In this document: piece by piece, positions 46,017 through 54,415 of the stretch
Layout of the letters: each line of letters opens with the position of its first letter
Numbering within the stretch: position 1 is the first letter of the stretch
From: Candidatus Poseidoniaceae archaeon
GTDB lineage: Archaea; Thermoplasmatota; Poseidoniia; Poseidoniales; Poseidoniaceae
Assembly (NCBI GenBank): GCA_030747785.1
Contig: JASLKC010000057.1
Coordinates: forward strand, 10,495 to 74,494
Direction of reading: 5' to 3'
Length of the DNA stretch: 64,000 bases
Notes under the pieces: generated by a model
The model's input: the letters and a program-made list of their open reading frames with translations, nothing else
Databases searched by the model: none
Told to the model about the DNA's origin: nothing
Program-made: the position numbers and the translations under genes

Positions 46017-46355
46017 ATGCGACTTTATCACAACCCGCGTTGTTCAAAATCCAGACAAGCAGTAGCACTCCTAGATATGCGTGAAATAGAATACGAGGAT
46101 TATCGTTATCTTGTAGAGGGTCTGTCAAAATCCGACATTATAGGATTGATCGATAGATATGATGGACAGCCAGCAGAGTTGGTAAGAACAGGTGAGGATG
46201 AATACAAAGCGTCACCTATTAATCTTGAATCAGTGGATGATATTGTCGCATTATTGATGACTTCACCGAGGTGCCTCCAAAGGCCAATATTAGATGATGG
46301 AGAACGGGCCGTTATTGGGCGACCAACAGAAGAGATTCTCACTCTTCTTCCTTAA
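46017..46355 (+). CDS. ArsC/Spx-family thiol reductase (ArsC/YffB-like)
   Basis: MRLYHNPRCSKSRQAV..L......Y..Y, ...LVR and LQRPIL are ArsC-family (glutaredoxin-type) patterns. The upstream part of the ORF overlaps the FGE gene and was dropped. Confidence 0.75.
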   Translation: MRLYHNPRCSKSRQAVALLDMREIEYEDYRYLVEGLSKSDIIGLIDRYDGQPAELVRTGEDEYKASPINLESVDDIVALLMTSPRCLQRPILDDGERAVIGRPTEEILTLLP

Positions 46356-46740
46356 CCTGCAATAGTGTTGCACAATTCAGGTCTCTAAAGACTTGAATGA
46401 ACGCGTAAACGCGGTCACCAACAGGTGCAATATCTTCATGGTATAATGAATCCATAATTGTGCATATTTCGAAAAAATTTCGCTTTCCGTCCATCAATTC
46501 CCATAGCATCGATTGCATAGGATGCATAGTACGGCGAACAACATTTGGCGCCCGGAGAATCTTTGCTAGAAGTGCTTCAAACCGCTTGAATCGTTTCTCA
46601 ATAATGAATACTATATTTCTTCCAGTTATTCCTTCGATTTCAGGATGAATTCCCGGTTCACCCACGAATTCAAATTCAACCGGTTGACGGGCAGGAATTT
46701 TATCTACCCACGGATGATTAACGAGGTGCGACATCTCCAT
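46339..46740 (-). CDS. hypothetical protein with a PqqD-like (RRE-type) C-terminal half
   Basis: MQSMLWELMDGKRNFFEICTIMDSLYHEDIAPVGDRVYAFIQVFRDLNCATLL follows the PqqD pattern (iWeLlDG..t..ei...l...y......v..fl..L). Start is ATG 46740 or GTG 46749. Confidence 0.4.
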   Translation of the reverse strand: MEMSHLVNHPWVDKIPARQPVEFEFVGEPGIHPEIEGITGRNIVFIIEKRFKRFEALLAKILRAPNVVRRTMHPMQSMLWELMDGKRNFFEICTIMDSLYHEDIAPVGDRVYAFIQVFRDLNCATLLQVKEEE

Positions 46741-46741
46741 A

Positions 46742-46912
46742 TCATTCACCCCAATTAAGCATCAAGAACGCAAGCATGCTAATCACACCACTAAATGCAG
46801 AGATTCTTTTCAGATTATCCTTATCACTAAAATTATGAAGCCACCAAGTTGCAACACCGAAAACAGAAACACAGGTCAGCAACGCGTACCACAGTGCTGT
46901 ACGCTCGACCAT
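46742..46912 (-). CDS. possible 56-aa two-TM microprotein (not in the ORF track)
   Basis: The ATG lies 2 nt after the stop of the 1171-aa surface protein. Translation is MVERTALWYALLTCVSVFGVATWWLHNFSDKDNLKRISAFSGVISMLAFLMLNWGE, and its stop abuts the next gene start. The only evidence is coupling and hydrophobicity. Confidence 0.3.
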   Translation of the reverse strand: MVERTALWYALLTCVSVFGVATWWLHNFSDKDNLKRISAFSGVISMLAFLMLNWGE

Positions 46913-46914
46913 AT

Positions 46915-49900
46915 TCACTGCGACTCAGGCTCTTGTTGTGAAGATTGCGCCGCTTCCCAAGCCGCGTATTCAGCGGCTTGGCGATTGTATTCCTCAAGTT
47001 GCCTTTGGTATTCAGCCATCGCTGGGTCAACAGTTTCTACAATTGGTTGTGTAGTTGCAGGGGGTCCTGCAAATGCAGTTGCGGGAGGACCCTGTGAAGG
47101 CGCTTCTTGGGTTAGCTGAATTTCACCATCTTCGTCATCATCTTCATCTGAGGAACCACGCATTCGCAGTAGTAGGAATACGACTATTATGCCTAGAATA
47201 CCGCCACCGATTACCATCATGTGCATAGAGGAAAGAACTCCTTCGGCTTCATTCGGAACATCCCAGGATATTTTTGTGGAAAGGGAATCTGAAATTTCTG
47301 CATCGGTACTCGTAACTTCGATTACCAACTCACCTTCAAATTCTCCGGATTCGCGAATAATTTCACACTGCATATTGTAACGTTGTGGGGTGAGATGTCC
47401 AGCATCTAATTCGACCCGTAATTCATTGAGATGTATTGCATTACCATCGCACAGAATCCCCCAGCCTTCAGGTAGAGTTGCATTGACATACATGATTTCT
47501 GCTTGAGTTGAAGTAGATGAGAGGTTAACCCAAATCAGGTGTTTAGCACCATCCTTTACTGGAACTTCAGGGTCGACTAACTCAGGGATTTCGACATTTC
47601 GTCTTTCACCAACCATTACCATGTCAGTAAGCGTCTTTAGTATAGGACGTCCAAGTTCGTCCGAGCCACCTTCGAGTTCCAATCGCACTGAGATACGTGT
47701 GTTAAGTTCAACATTTGGCATAATCATCACCTCTCCCATCAGTTCGACTGATTCAGTAGGGCCTAGATTGAGAAGAATCCAACTTCCCGCTTCAGCACTA
47801 CCACCATTACTTGTGGATAGGAAACCAATAACACCGGTTGAAGGCGGACTAGTTTCAATTACTATTTTCGCACGAATAGCCCCATCTGCTGCATTGCCGA
47901 TATTCCATGCGGTTGCATTCATGAAATGTGTAGTATCAGTGCGCACCACGATTTCTATGCCAAACCCATCTAGTTCAGGTCGTCGCACCGTATTGGTCAG
48001 TGATTCAACTATGACACTATTGTCTTCAGGAATTGTATCTACGCCACCCTCTGGGCTAACAGAGAAAGTAATCTCATGTAATTCTCCTGCAGCCTCTAAG
48101 GGGGGAAGCAATAGCCAGACATCGATGATTTTGATATTGTCAAGATCATATGAAACCGATAATGGAATCCCAGCTGTCACATTATCTCCGTCTGCCAATG
48201 CCCACCATTCCCAAGTATCGGGGCTATATGGTAAATCTAGTATTGCAGTTGCAGGGCCATTTCCATTATTTGTGACTTTGAATTGGAAATGATTTGCAGT
48301 CCCGGGGGAAAGTCTCTGTGGCGCCAATTCCGATTCTATTAGGAGGTCGTGTAGGGTGTCTACAGTAATGTGTTGCCAATCAGGTCCACTAATGGTAGTA
48401 CCACTTCTCAGTGATAGTACACTTGGAGTAATAATCGGACCGGGATCTCCTGCTTGAGCATGAGATGGTGCAGTAATTCGAACCGTGAAACTAGAAGTTT
48501 TACCAGGATTTATTGCAAGGTCAGGAATATTGAGTAATTCCGCGCTCCATCCTCCTATTGAAGTAGCAGATATCGAAGGACGGAATACATCCATTCGACT
48601 GGCGTTATTCCAAATAGTGAAACTAACATCAACGATATCTCCCGCTTCGATAATATGGTCTACATCCCTCAAACTCTCGCTGATATCTACCGATGCATTG
48701 CTAATAATTGCTGCAGCGATTTCAATAACTTCAGTATCGAATTTCATACTGCCGTTAGTGCTTGTAGCAGTAAGATAAACACTGGCTGTAGAGTCGGCTT
48801 CAACACCTGCTGGAATGGTACCTGTTAGCCAGATTTCTACTGGAGAATCGGTCCTCACTAGAATATTATTCGATTGATTCCAGGCCAAATTCATAGACCA
48901 GCCACTTGGCATTGTTTTGTCGGCAACTGAAAGTGTGAATACATCGGTAGCTTCTCCAATATTTGCAATCACTACTGGGAATTCACAGGTATTTCCAGGT
49001 GTGCACCGAGCAGTAATTTCTGGGACGATAACATCTGGAATTCTATCTGCTAGAATTTTGACAATAGTTTCTATTCCATCTTCAATATCAGGATAGGCAT
49101 TCGATGAGATATTGACGGTAACGGGATGGTTGCCCATAGAGGCATTTTCATCAACTAGTACCCGTAGGTCAAAATCATAATTCTGGCCCGGCATTAGTAA
49201 AAGTCCTGATGATCCAATACTTGCACCATTTGGATTTGCGAAGTAGTATTGCCAGCCCGAAGGAACTCCGGTTACTGTCGGTGTATAACGTGCTGAAATA
49301 TTACCGGTATTCGTTACACTCATACTGGTTGTAGACCATTCTCCAGGTAGTCCACCAAGAGTTTGCATTCCACTAAGCGATACATCGTATTCTGTTTTTC
49401 GTGCTGCTTGGTCATATATGATTACAATATCATCAATCCAGTAGCCAATATCCTCACCAGAAGCATCTGATTGGAATTGGAAGCGGAATTGTGTTTGTGA
49501 GTGTAGATGTTCATTTGCAATTGGCACTAAGGGGCTGCGATGCCCATTATATTCCGATGAGAATGTTTGCCAGTTCTGGCCGTCTTGGAAATTATTGTCT
49601 ACTACTCCTTGAATGGTGTAGAGTTCATCCCAGTTGCCTTGAGAATCTTTCACATGCCCCTTCAGGGTATCTCCAGCTCCGGCGCCTCCTGAATAGAAGA
49701 ATGAGATCCCAACAGCCCTATTGTGACTTGTTAGACCATCTGACATGTCCATTACTGGAAGGACAAGTTGAGTATTCAAATTCGAAGAATAGGTGGAATA
49801 CTGTCCATTTCCGACGTGGCACGATCTTGCCTGACTAATTGCGGTATCAGTACTACTCACCCACTGTGTACCAACAGTCCAAGTGGATAAGTCAACACAA

Positions 49901-50430
49901 TTGTCATAGTGGTATGCCACGGTCAAATGTCTATTCTTGTTATTGTCAGAAGGGTTATCTTCGCCATTCGAGTTTGACACTGCTAACTGCATTGTGTGGT
50001 TACCGGAATATGTTGGAGTCCAGAGTATGGAAATGCTCCCATTCCCACCTCCATTGATTGGCTGCATTGTTTGAGTATGATTCAATAATTCAAATCGTTG
50101 GTATTCATCATGTAATACTACAATACTGAAATCGACAAACCCCGACTGTGCAGTTCCTAAATTTTCAACTACGACCTCGATTTCCATTTCCACATTGATT
50201 ACGCCATCAGTGACAAAGAGATCAGCTGGGCGATTGAAATTAGCTATCGGGTGGTTTGAAGAAAACATCTGGTACATCGAGGAATTAGTCGATGAAGGAT
50301 ATGATATTGAGATTGTATCAACGGCTAAATCGATATTAGTTGCCCTTCCTGTAGTTGCACTACCCAAGGGAGCCATTGATTGAATTAAAAGGACGCTGAG
50401 TAGTAGAACAGCCCCTCGCATCCTCGACAT
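46915..50430 (-). CDS. giant cell-surface (S-layer/adhesin-like) protein with a TM anchor and an acidic cytoplasmic tail
   Basis: Signal AVLLLSVLLIQSMAPLGSA, then ~1050 aa of beta-rich, Thr/Ser/Asn-rich repeats with many N-x-S/T sites. TM helix MVIGGGILGIIVVFLLL, then a tail with SSDEDDDEDGE and EYQRQLEEYNRQAAEYAAWEAAQ. Confidence 0.65.
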   Translation of the reverse strand: MSRMRGAVLLLSVLLIQSMAPLGSATTGRATNIDLAVDTISISYPSSTNSSMYQMFSSNHPIANFNRPADLFVTDGVINVEMEIEVVVENLGTAQSGFVDFSIVVLHDEYQRFELLNHTQTMQPINGGGNGSISILWTPTYSGNHTMQLAVSNSNGEDNPSDNNKNRHLTVAYHYDNCVDLSTWTVGTQWVSSTDTAISQARSCHVGNGQYSTYSSNLNTQLVLPVMDMSDGLTSHNRAVGISFFYSGGAGAGDTLKGHVKDSQGNWDELYTIQGVVDNNFQDGQNWQTFSSEYNGHRSPLVPIANEHLHSQTQFRFQFQSDASGEDIGYWIDDIVIIYDQAARKTEYDVSLSGMQTLGGLPGEWSTTSMSVTNTGNISARYTPTVTGVPSGWQYYFANPNGASIGSSGLLLMPGQNYDFDLRVLVDENASMGNHPVTVNISSNAYPDIEDGIETIVKILADRIPDVIVPEITARCTPGNTCEFPVVIANIGEATDVFTLSVADKTMPSGWSMNLAWNQSNNILVRTDSPVEIWLTGTIPAGVEADSTASVYLTATSTNGSMKFDTEVIEIAAAIISNASVDISESLRDVDHIIEAGDIVDVSFTIWNNASRMDVFRPSISATSIGGWSAELLNIPDLAINPGKTSSFTVRITAPSHAQAGDPGPIITPSVLSLRSGTTISGPDWQHITVDTLHDLLIESELAPQRLSPGTANHFQFKVTNNGNGPATAILDLPYSPDTWEWWALADGDNVTAGIPLSVSYDLDNIKIIDVWLLLPPLEAAGELHEITFSVSPEGGVDTIPEDNSVIVESLTNTVRRPELDGFGIEIVVRTDTTHFMNATAWNIGNAADGAIRAKIVIETSPPSTGVIGFLSTSNGGSAEAGSWILLNLGPTESVELMGEVMIMPNVELNTRISVRLELEGGSDELGRPILKTLTDMVMVGERRNVEIPELVDPEVPVKDGAKHLIWVNLSSTSTQAEIMYVNATLPEGWGILCDGNAIHLNELRVELDAGHLTPQRYNMQCEIIRESGEFEGELVIEVTSTDAEISDSLSTKISWDVPNEAEGVLSSMHMMVIGGGILGIIVVFLLLRMRGSSDEDDDEDGEIQLTQEAPSQGPPATAFAGPPATTQPIVETVDPAMAEYQRQLEEYNRQAAEYAAWEAAQSSQQEPESQ

Positions 50431-50477
50431 GAGGTTGGACTATTATTCAACTGATATGACACCTTCGCCGAATAATT

Positions 50478-51326
50478 CTATTCGCTTTCGACTGTGAGGC
50501 TTGCCTTTGCCATATCCAATTTGACTTGATTTCGCTTATCCTTAGCCCTCGCTGCAATGTATACAGTTAGCGAAGGTACAAGGACGATACTGAAGCAACC
50601 AATTACTGCTGCGAGCGCCCAGAGAAACTCTGTTGCAGCCTCCACTTCGAATTGTTCGGTGGTTGTGAGTTCTTCATTTACAGTACTCAGGATAAATGAT
50701 GGTTGGATGGTTCTATTTCCTTGCTCAACAATTACGACCTTTACTTGTGTTGTACCAAATGTGTGGTTAACAGCATCTTGTGCTTTCAGTATAGCTTCAT
50801 CCAAATCTGTAGCATAAATTGACCCAGTTCCTCTACGAGCAGGATTGGTATTTGTCAATGCAATGATTAGTACCTCTCCATCTTCTTCAGATTCACTATG
50901 CGAAGTTGAATATTCGCAATTCACATCACAACTAAAATTTTGGGCATCCGGATTACCTAAATCTGGGTGGCTTGCAATTGCTACGCTGGAAGAAAGGACA
51001 ACATTTGTGCCCTCAGAAAGACCAGATACTGAGAGGTTTACCCAAGTGAGATTTTGTGGATTCACTGTGATAAACCAAACCCAAGTAGTAGTATTTTCAT
51101 TACTATCATGAATTGGAGTCACCTCACTAATTTCAGGTATTTCCTCAAGTGAATCTGTTTCGTAAATGTAGTATGAAGGGCTAACTGTGGCCCCGTAAAC
51201 CGCATAAGATAGAAGAAAAATCAGTGTCAAACCCATGCCGATTAAGGTGCGTAACAAGTTGGGGTTTTGAGCCAACGCCTTCCGCATGTCCACGCCCACA
51301 TGAGAAGCCTTCATGAACCCTCCCAC
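50478..51326 (-). CDS. hypothetical bitopic membrane protein (N- and C-terminal TM helices, extracytoplasmic middle)
   Basis: 282-aa ORF starting 48 nt downstream of the surface-protein gene stop, with helices LIGMGLTLIFLLSYAVYGA and FLWALAAVIGCFSIVLVPSLTVYIAA. No family recognised. Confidence 0.45.
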   Translation of the reverse strand: MGGFMKASHVGVDMRKALAQNPNLLRTLIGMGLTLIFLLSYAVYGATVSPSYYIYETDSLEEIPEISEVTPIHDSNENTTTWVWFITVNPQNLTWVNLSVSGLSEGTNVVLSSSVAIASHPDLGNPDAQNFSCDVNCEYSTSHSESEEDGEVLIIALTNTNPARRGTGSIYATDLDEAILKAQDAVNHTFGTTQVKVVIVEQGNRTIQPSFILSTVNEELTTTEQFEVEAATEFLWALAAVIGCFSIVLVPSLTVYIAARAKDKRNQVKLDMAKASLTVESE

Positions 51327-51425
51327 ATAAGCGTCGCAGTCACCTCTTCGCTCGTTGTGCTGCGGCCCTGTTCAACAGTGTCCTTGATATAGGGGTGTTA
51401 AGTCGGCAAGTTGCTTGGTGGTACC

Positions 51426-51917
51426 ATGACGACATTCTACGATGTTCCCGCTGACCTGCTTAACCCAGCTTTAGCTGGCAAGCTCGCTGATGTCAAATCG
51501 ATTAATCGACCCGAGTGGGCTGATTTCGTGAAAACTGGTGTTCACCGTGAGCGACCCCCTACTCAGGAGAACTGGTGGGAGTTGCGCTGTGCTGCTTTGA
51601 TTCGTAAGATTGCTCGTGAGGGCCCAATCGGTGTAAACGCACTTGCACAAGCCTATGGCGGACGCAAGGACAACGGTGCACATCCAAATACTCCGGCAAT
51701 GGGAAGCCGTCATATTATTCGAACTGCACTTCAACAACTCGAAGATGCAGGTTTTGTAGCTCGTAAGGAGACCAAAACAGTATCCTCAGTAGAAGGAGAT
51801 CAGAAACTCTTCAGTGGCAGAATCGTCACTAGTTCAGGACAGAAGATCCTCGATGAGGTAGCGCATGAACTTCGTGGAGAAGCAGAAGCAGCATACCCTG
51901 GCCTTGCCAAGTATTGA
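51426..51917 (+). CDS. rps19e: 30S ribosomal protein eS19
   Basis: TFYDVPADLL, PEWADFVKTGVHRERPP, WWELRCAALIRKI and GSRHIIRTALQQLE. Confidence 0.9.
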   Translation: MTTFYDVPADLLNPALAGKLADVKSINRPEWADFVKTGVHRERPPTQENWWELRCAALIRKIAREGPIGVNALAQAYGGRKDNGAHPNTPAMGSRHIIRTALQQLEDAGFVARKETKTVSSVEGDQKLFSGRIVTSSGQKILDEVAHELRGEAEAAYPGLAKY

Positions 51918-51949
51918 TTCAAATCTCGGAAGTGAAGGAAGTGACCTCG

Positions 51950-52309
51950 ATGGCAATGAACGCTGATGATGAGCTAACAATGCTCAGGGAACAGCGACGT
52001 ATTGCACTCCAACAGCAATTCGAGCAGCAGGCTGCAAAGCAGGCTGATGCAGAGATTCAAGCACAGGCAGAAGCACAGACTGCTTCTCAATTAGATCAAG
52101 CAATGAAAACCATCCTAAGCCCTGATGCTCGTTCAAGACTAGCCAGCCTAAATCTGGTAAACCCTGAAATGAGTACTGCGGTAAAGAATCACCTTGCAAC
52201 ACTTGCTGGTGATAGACAAATCACTACCCCGGTTAATGACGAACAACTGAAGCGAATCCTCGCAGGTCTCAACCAGCAAAAGCGTGAGACCAGCATCCGT
52301 AGACTCTGA
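51950..52309 (+). CDS. PDCD5-like double-stranded DNA-binding protein
   Basis: ILSPDARSRLASLNLVNPEMSTAVKNHLATLAGDRQITTPVNDEQLKRIL matches the dsDNA_bind/PDCD5 family, which usually follows eS19 in archaea. ATG 51950 is preceded by GAAGGAAG. Confidence 0.75.
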   Translation: MAMNADDELTMLREQRRIALQQQFEQQAAKQADAEIQAQAEAQTASQLDQAMKTILSPDARSRLASLNLVNPEMSTAVKNHLATLAGDRQITTPVNDEQLKRILAGLNQQKRETSIRRL

Positions 52310-52318
52310 GGTGAGAAA

Positions 52319-52474
52319 ATGGCACGAAATAAACCCGCAGCAAAGAAAATCCGCCTAATGAAGGTTGGAAAGCAGAACCGCCGTGTTCCTGTCTGGGTCA
52401 TGCTCAAGACGGCACGTAAGACCGTATCTCACCCCAAGCGCCATCACTGGAGGCGCAGTAAATTACAGAGGTGA
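52319..52474 (+). CDS. rpl39e: 50S ribosomal protein eL39 (51 aa, below the ORF-track cut-off)
   Basis: My manual translation is [51 protein letters not shown]. The KQNRR.PVW and P.RRHWRRSKL patterns are diagnostic. Confidence 0.85.
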   Translation: MARNKPAAKKIRLMKVGKQNRRVPVWVMLKTARKTVSHPKRHHWRRSKLQR

Positions 52475-52480
52475 TTATGA

Positions 52481-52756
52481 ATGGCAAGAGCAGCAACTAG
52501 CGAACTTATCGTTCCACTAAGGAACGCCTGGAATATCACACGATACAAGCGTGCGCCTCGTGCGATTCAGATTATCAAGAACGAAGTCGTTCGTCATCTC
52601 AAAGTTACAGAAGACGAAGAAGTTTGGATTGACCCTGCGGTCAACGAGCACATCTGGAAGCGTGGAATTGAGAACCCACCACGCAAGATTCGTTTGCAAG
52701 TCACTCGTCACGACGAGCCAGACATCCCTATCGAAGTCAAACTCATGGAGGAGTGA
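52481..52756 (+). CDS. rpl31e: 50S ribosomal protein eL31
   Basis: [48 protein letters not shown]. Confidence 0.9.
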   Translation: MARAATSELIVPLRNAWNITRYKRAPRAIQIIKNEVVRHLKVTEDEEVWIDPAVNEHIWKRGIENPPRKIRLQVTRHDEPDIPIEVKLMEE

Positions 52757-52758
52757 AA

Positions 52759-52950
52759 ATGGGAAATATCCGTCCAACATTTATCAAGCTACGAGCAATT
52801 ATTCTGTGTGAAGAACATGGTGAGAAGTTTACCGATGACTTTGATCACAACAAGAAAATGGTTGCTGAATTAACCGATGTTGATTCCAAGAAGTTGCGAA
52901 ACTGGATTGCAGGATACGTAACTCGCTACCGCCAACGCCGTACCGACTGA
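52759..52950 (+). CDS. rps17e: 30S ribosomal protein eS17
   Basis: [23 protein letters not shown] and [19 protein letters not shown] lies 6 nt upstream of ATG 52759. Confidence 0.85.
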   Translation: MGNIRPTFIKLRAIILCEEHGEKFTDDFDHNKKMVAELTDVDSKKLRNWIAGYVTRYRQRRTD

Positions 52951-52959
52951 GGGTTTCTG

Positions 52960-53163
52960 ATGGCGATTAGAATCGCCTGGGATAGAACTCCGGTCAGTGT
53001 TCATGGTAACAAAGATGAGTTGCAATTGCTACTCAATCATCTTCGTGATAATCACGATTTCCGCAAGCATTCCATCATTATGCCTGACCGAGAAAATGAT
53101 GATGAAGCAGTCTTTTTTCTCTATGGGCCATGTGACCCTCGCTGGATAGCGGAGGTCATGTGA
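52960..53163 (+). CDS. hypothetical 67-aa protein inside the ribosomal-protein cluster
   Basis: The ORF ends in ATGTGAATG, so the trmJ-like gene starts immediately after its stop. No family recognised. Confidence 0.4.
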   Translation: MAIRIAWDRTPVSVHGNKDELQLLLNHLRDNHDFRKHSIIMPDRENDDEAVFFLYGPCDPRWIAEVM

Positions 53164-54000
53164 ATGGGCGATAGGTTGGATGTTCCTTTACCCGCATCTA
53201 ATTATGAATTGGATATTATATTGGTTGGAATCAATCACCCAGGGAATCTTGGTGCGGTTTGTCGTGCAATGCTGAATCATGGATTCACAAGACTAACACT
53301 TGTGAATCCGGAATGTTCTGTCGATGACGAAGAAGCAAGAAATCGTGCCAAACACGCTGGAATTATTCTCGACGATGCAAGAGTTGTTCATTCATTTGAG
53401 GAAGCAGTTGCTGATGCATCTCTAGTTGTAGGTACCTCAGGAAAGCGCGAGGTAGGTAGTAAGGTCCTATTCCGTCATTTCATATTACCATGGGAATTTG
53501 CCGATAGAGTTCGCAATCTCAATGGTCGTGTAGCTTTGGTTTTTGGTGAGGAAGGCAAGGGCCTTTGCACTGAGGATCTAACACGCTGCGATGTTTTGCT
53601 TACCCTTCCCACTTGGGAGGGATACCCAATTGCAAACTTATCTCAGGCTGTTGGTCATTGTGTTTACGAATTACATCGTGACCGAATTATCAACGGCGAG
53701 GAGGTATTGGGTGTTGAATTGGAACGGGCACTTAATCCTCAATTACGAATAATTCTCAAACAGGCAATCGATGAATTCTCGCACTCTTTGGATTCCGATA
53801 AACAGGACCTAATCGGTGATGTCATCGACCGTGTCATATTACGGGGTCTGCCAATTGATAGCGAGGCAGAACGCCTGATTGGGGCCTTCGTACAAGCGAC
53901 TACAGCCTTACAGAATCTATCTGGGGATGAGGAGTGGCGACGAGAACGCAGGAAGCGAGTCACGCCTTCCAACACGCCCAACTCTTCGGAGTCTCTCTGA
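53164..54000 (+). CDS. SpoU/TrmJ-family tRNA/rRNA 2'-O-methyltransferase
   Basis: ILVGINHPGNLGAVCRAMLNHGF, ALVFGEEGKGL and LTLP...YPIANLSQAV (trefoil-knot motifs). It has a low-complexity C-terminal tail. Confidence 0.75.
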   Translation: MGDRLDVPLPASNYELDIILVGINHPGNLGAVCRAMLNHGFTRLTLVNPECSVDDEEARNRAKHAGIILDDARVVHSFEEAVADASLVVGTSGKREVGSKVLFRHFILPWEFADRVRNLNGRVALVFGEEGKGLCTEDLTRCDVLLTLPTWEGYPIANLSQAVGHCVYELHRDRIINGEEVLGVELERALNPQLRIILKQAIDEFSHSLDSDKQDLIGDVIDRVILRGLPIDSEAERLIGAFVQATTALQNLSGDEEWRRERRKRVTPSNTPNSSESL

Positions 54001-54415
54001 CGTGCATTGCTACAAGACGTAGGCGGTTTCCATAAGCCGTTTTGATATGTGGCTCAACTTGTTCAAATGCCCATTTTGCAAGGTTCTCTGCAGTTGGAAT
54101 AAACGGAACGATCACGGTTCTATGCTCATCTCCCATTACAGCGCATGCAGCCTTGGCCTTTTCATCGCCTTCGTAGACCACGAATGCATGGTCGACAACA
54201 TCGTGAACATAAGTCGTGAGAATTGATGAGACATCACTAAAATCGATTAGCATACCCTCTTCAGAAGCACCGCTTTCCTCGACTACATCTCCTTCGATTT
54301 CCGCTTCCCAGCGGTAGCGGTGGCCATGCATGTGTCGGCACTTACTTTTGTGATTTGGAACACGGTGTCCAGTATCTGTTTCTACATATCTCCTGATAAT
54401 TGTGGTCATTTTCAT
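53960..54415 (-). CDS. queD: 6-carboxy-5,6,7,8-tetrahydropterin synthase
   Basis: HKSKCRHMHGHRYRWE (Cys/His Zn-catalytic motif) and VRETP near the C-terminus. ATG 54415 overlaps the queC stop (ATGA). Confidence 0.85.
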   Translation of the reverse strand: MKMTTIIRRYVETDTGHRVPNHKSKCRHMHGHRYRWEAEIEGDVVEESGASEEGMLIDFSDVSSILTTYVHDVVDHAFVVYEGDEKAKAACAVMGDEHRTVIVPFIPTAENLAKWAFEQVEPHIKTAYGNRLRLVAMHVRETPKSWACWKA

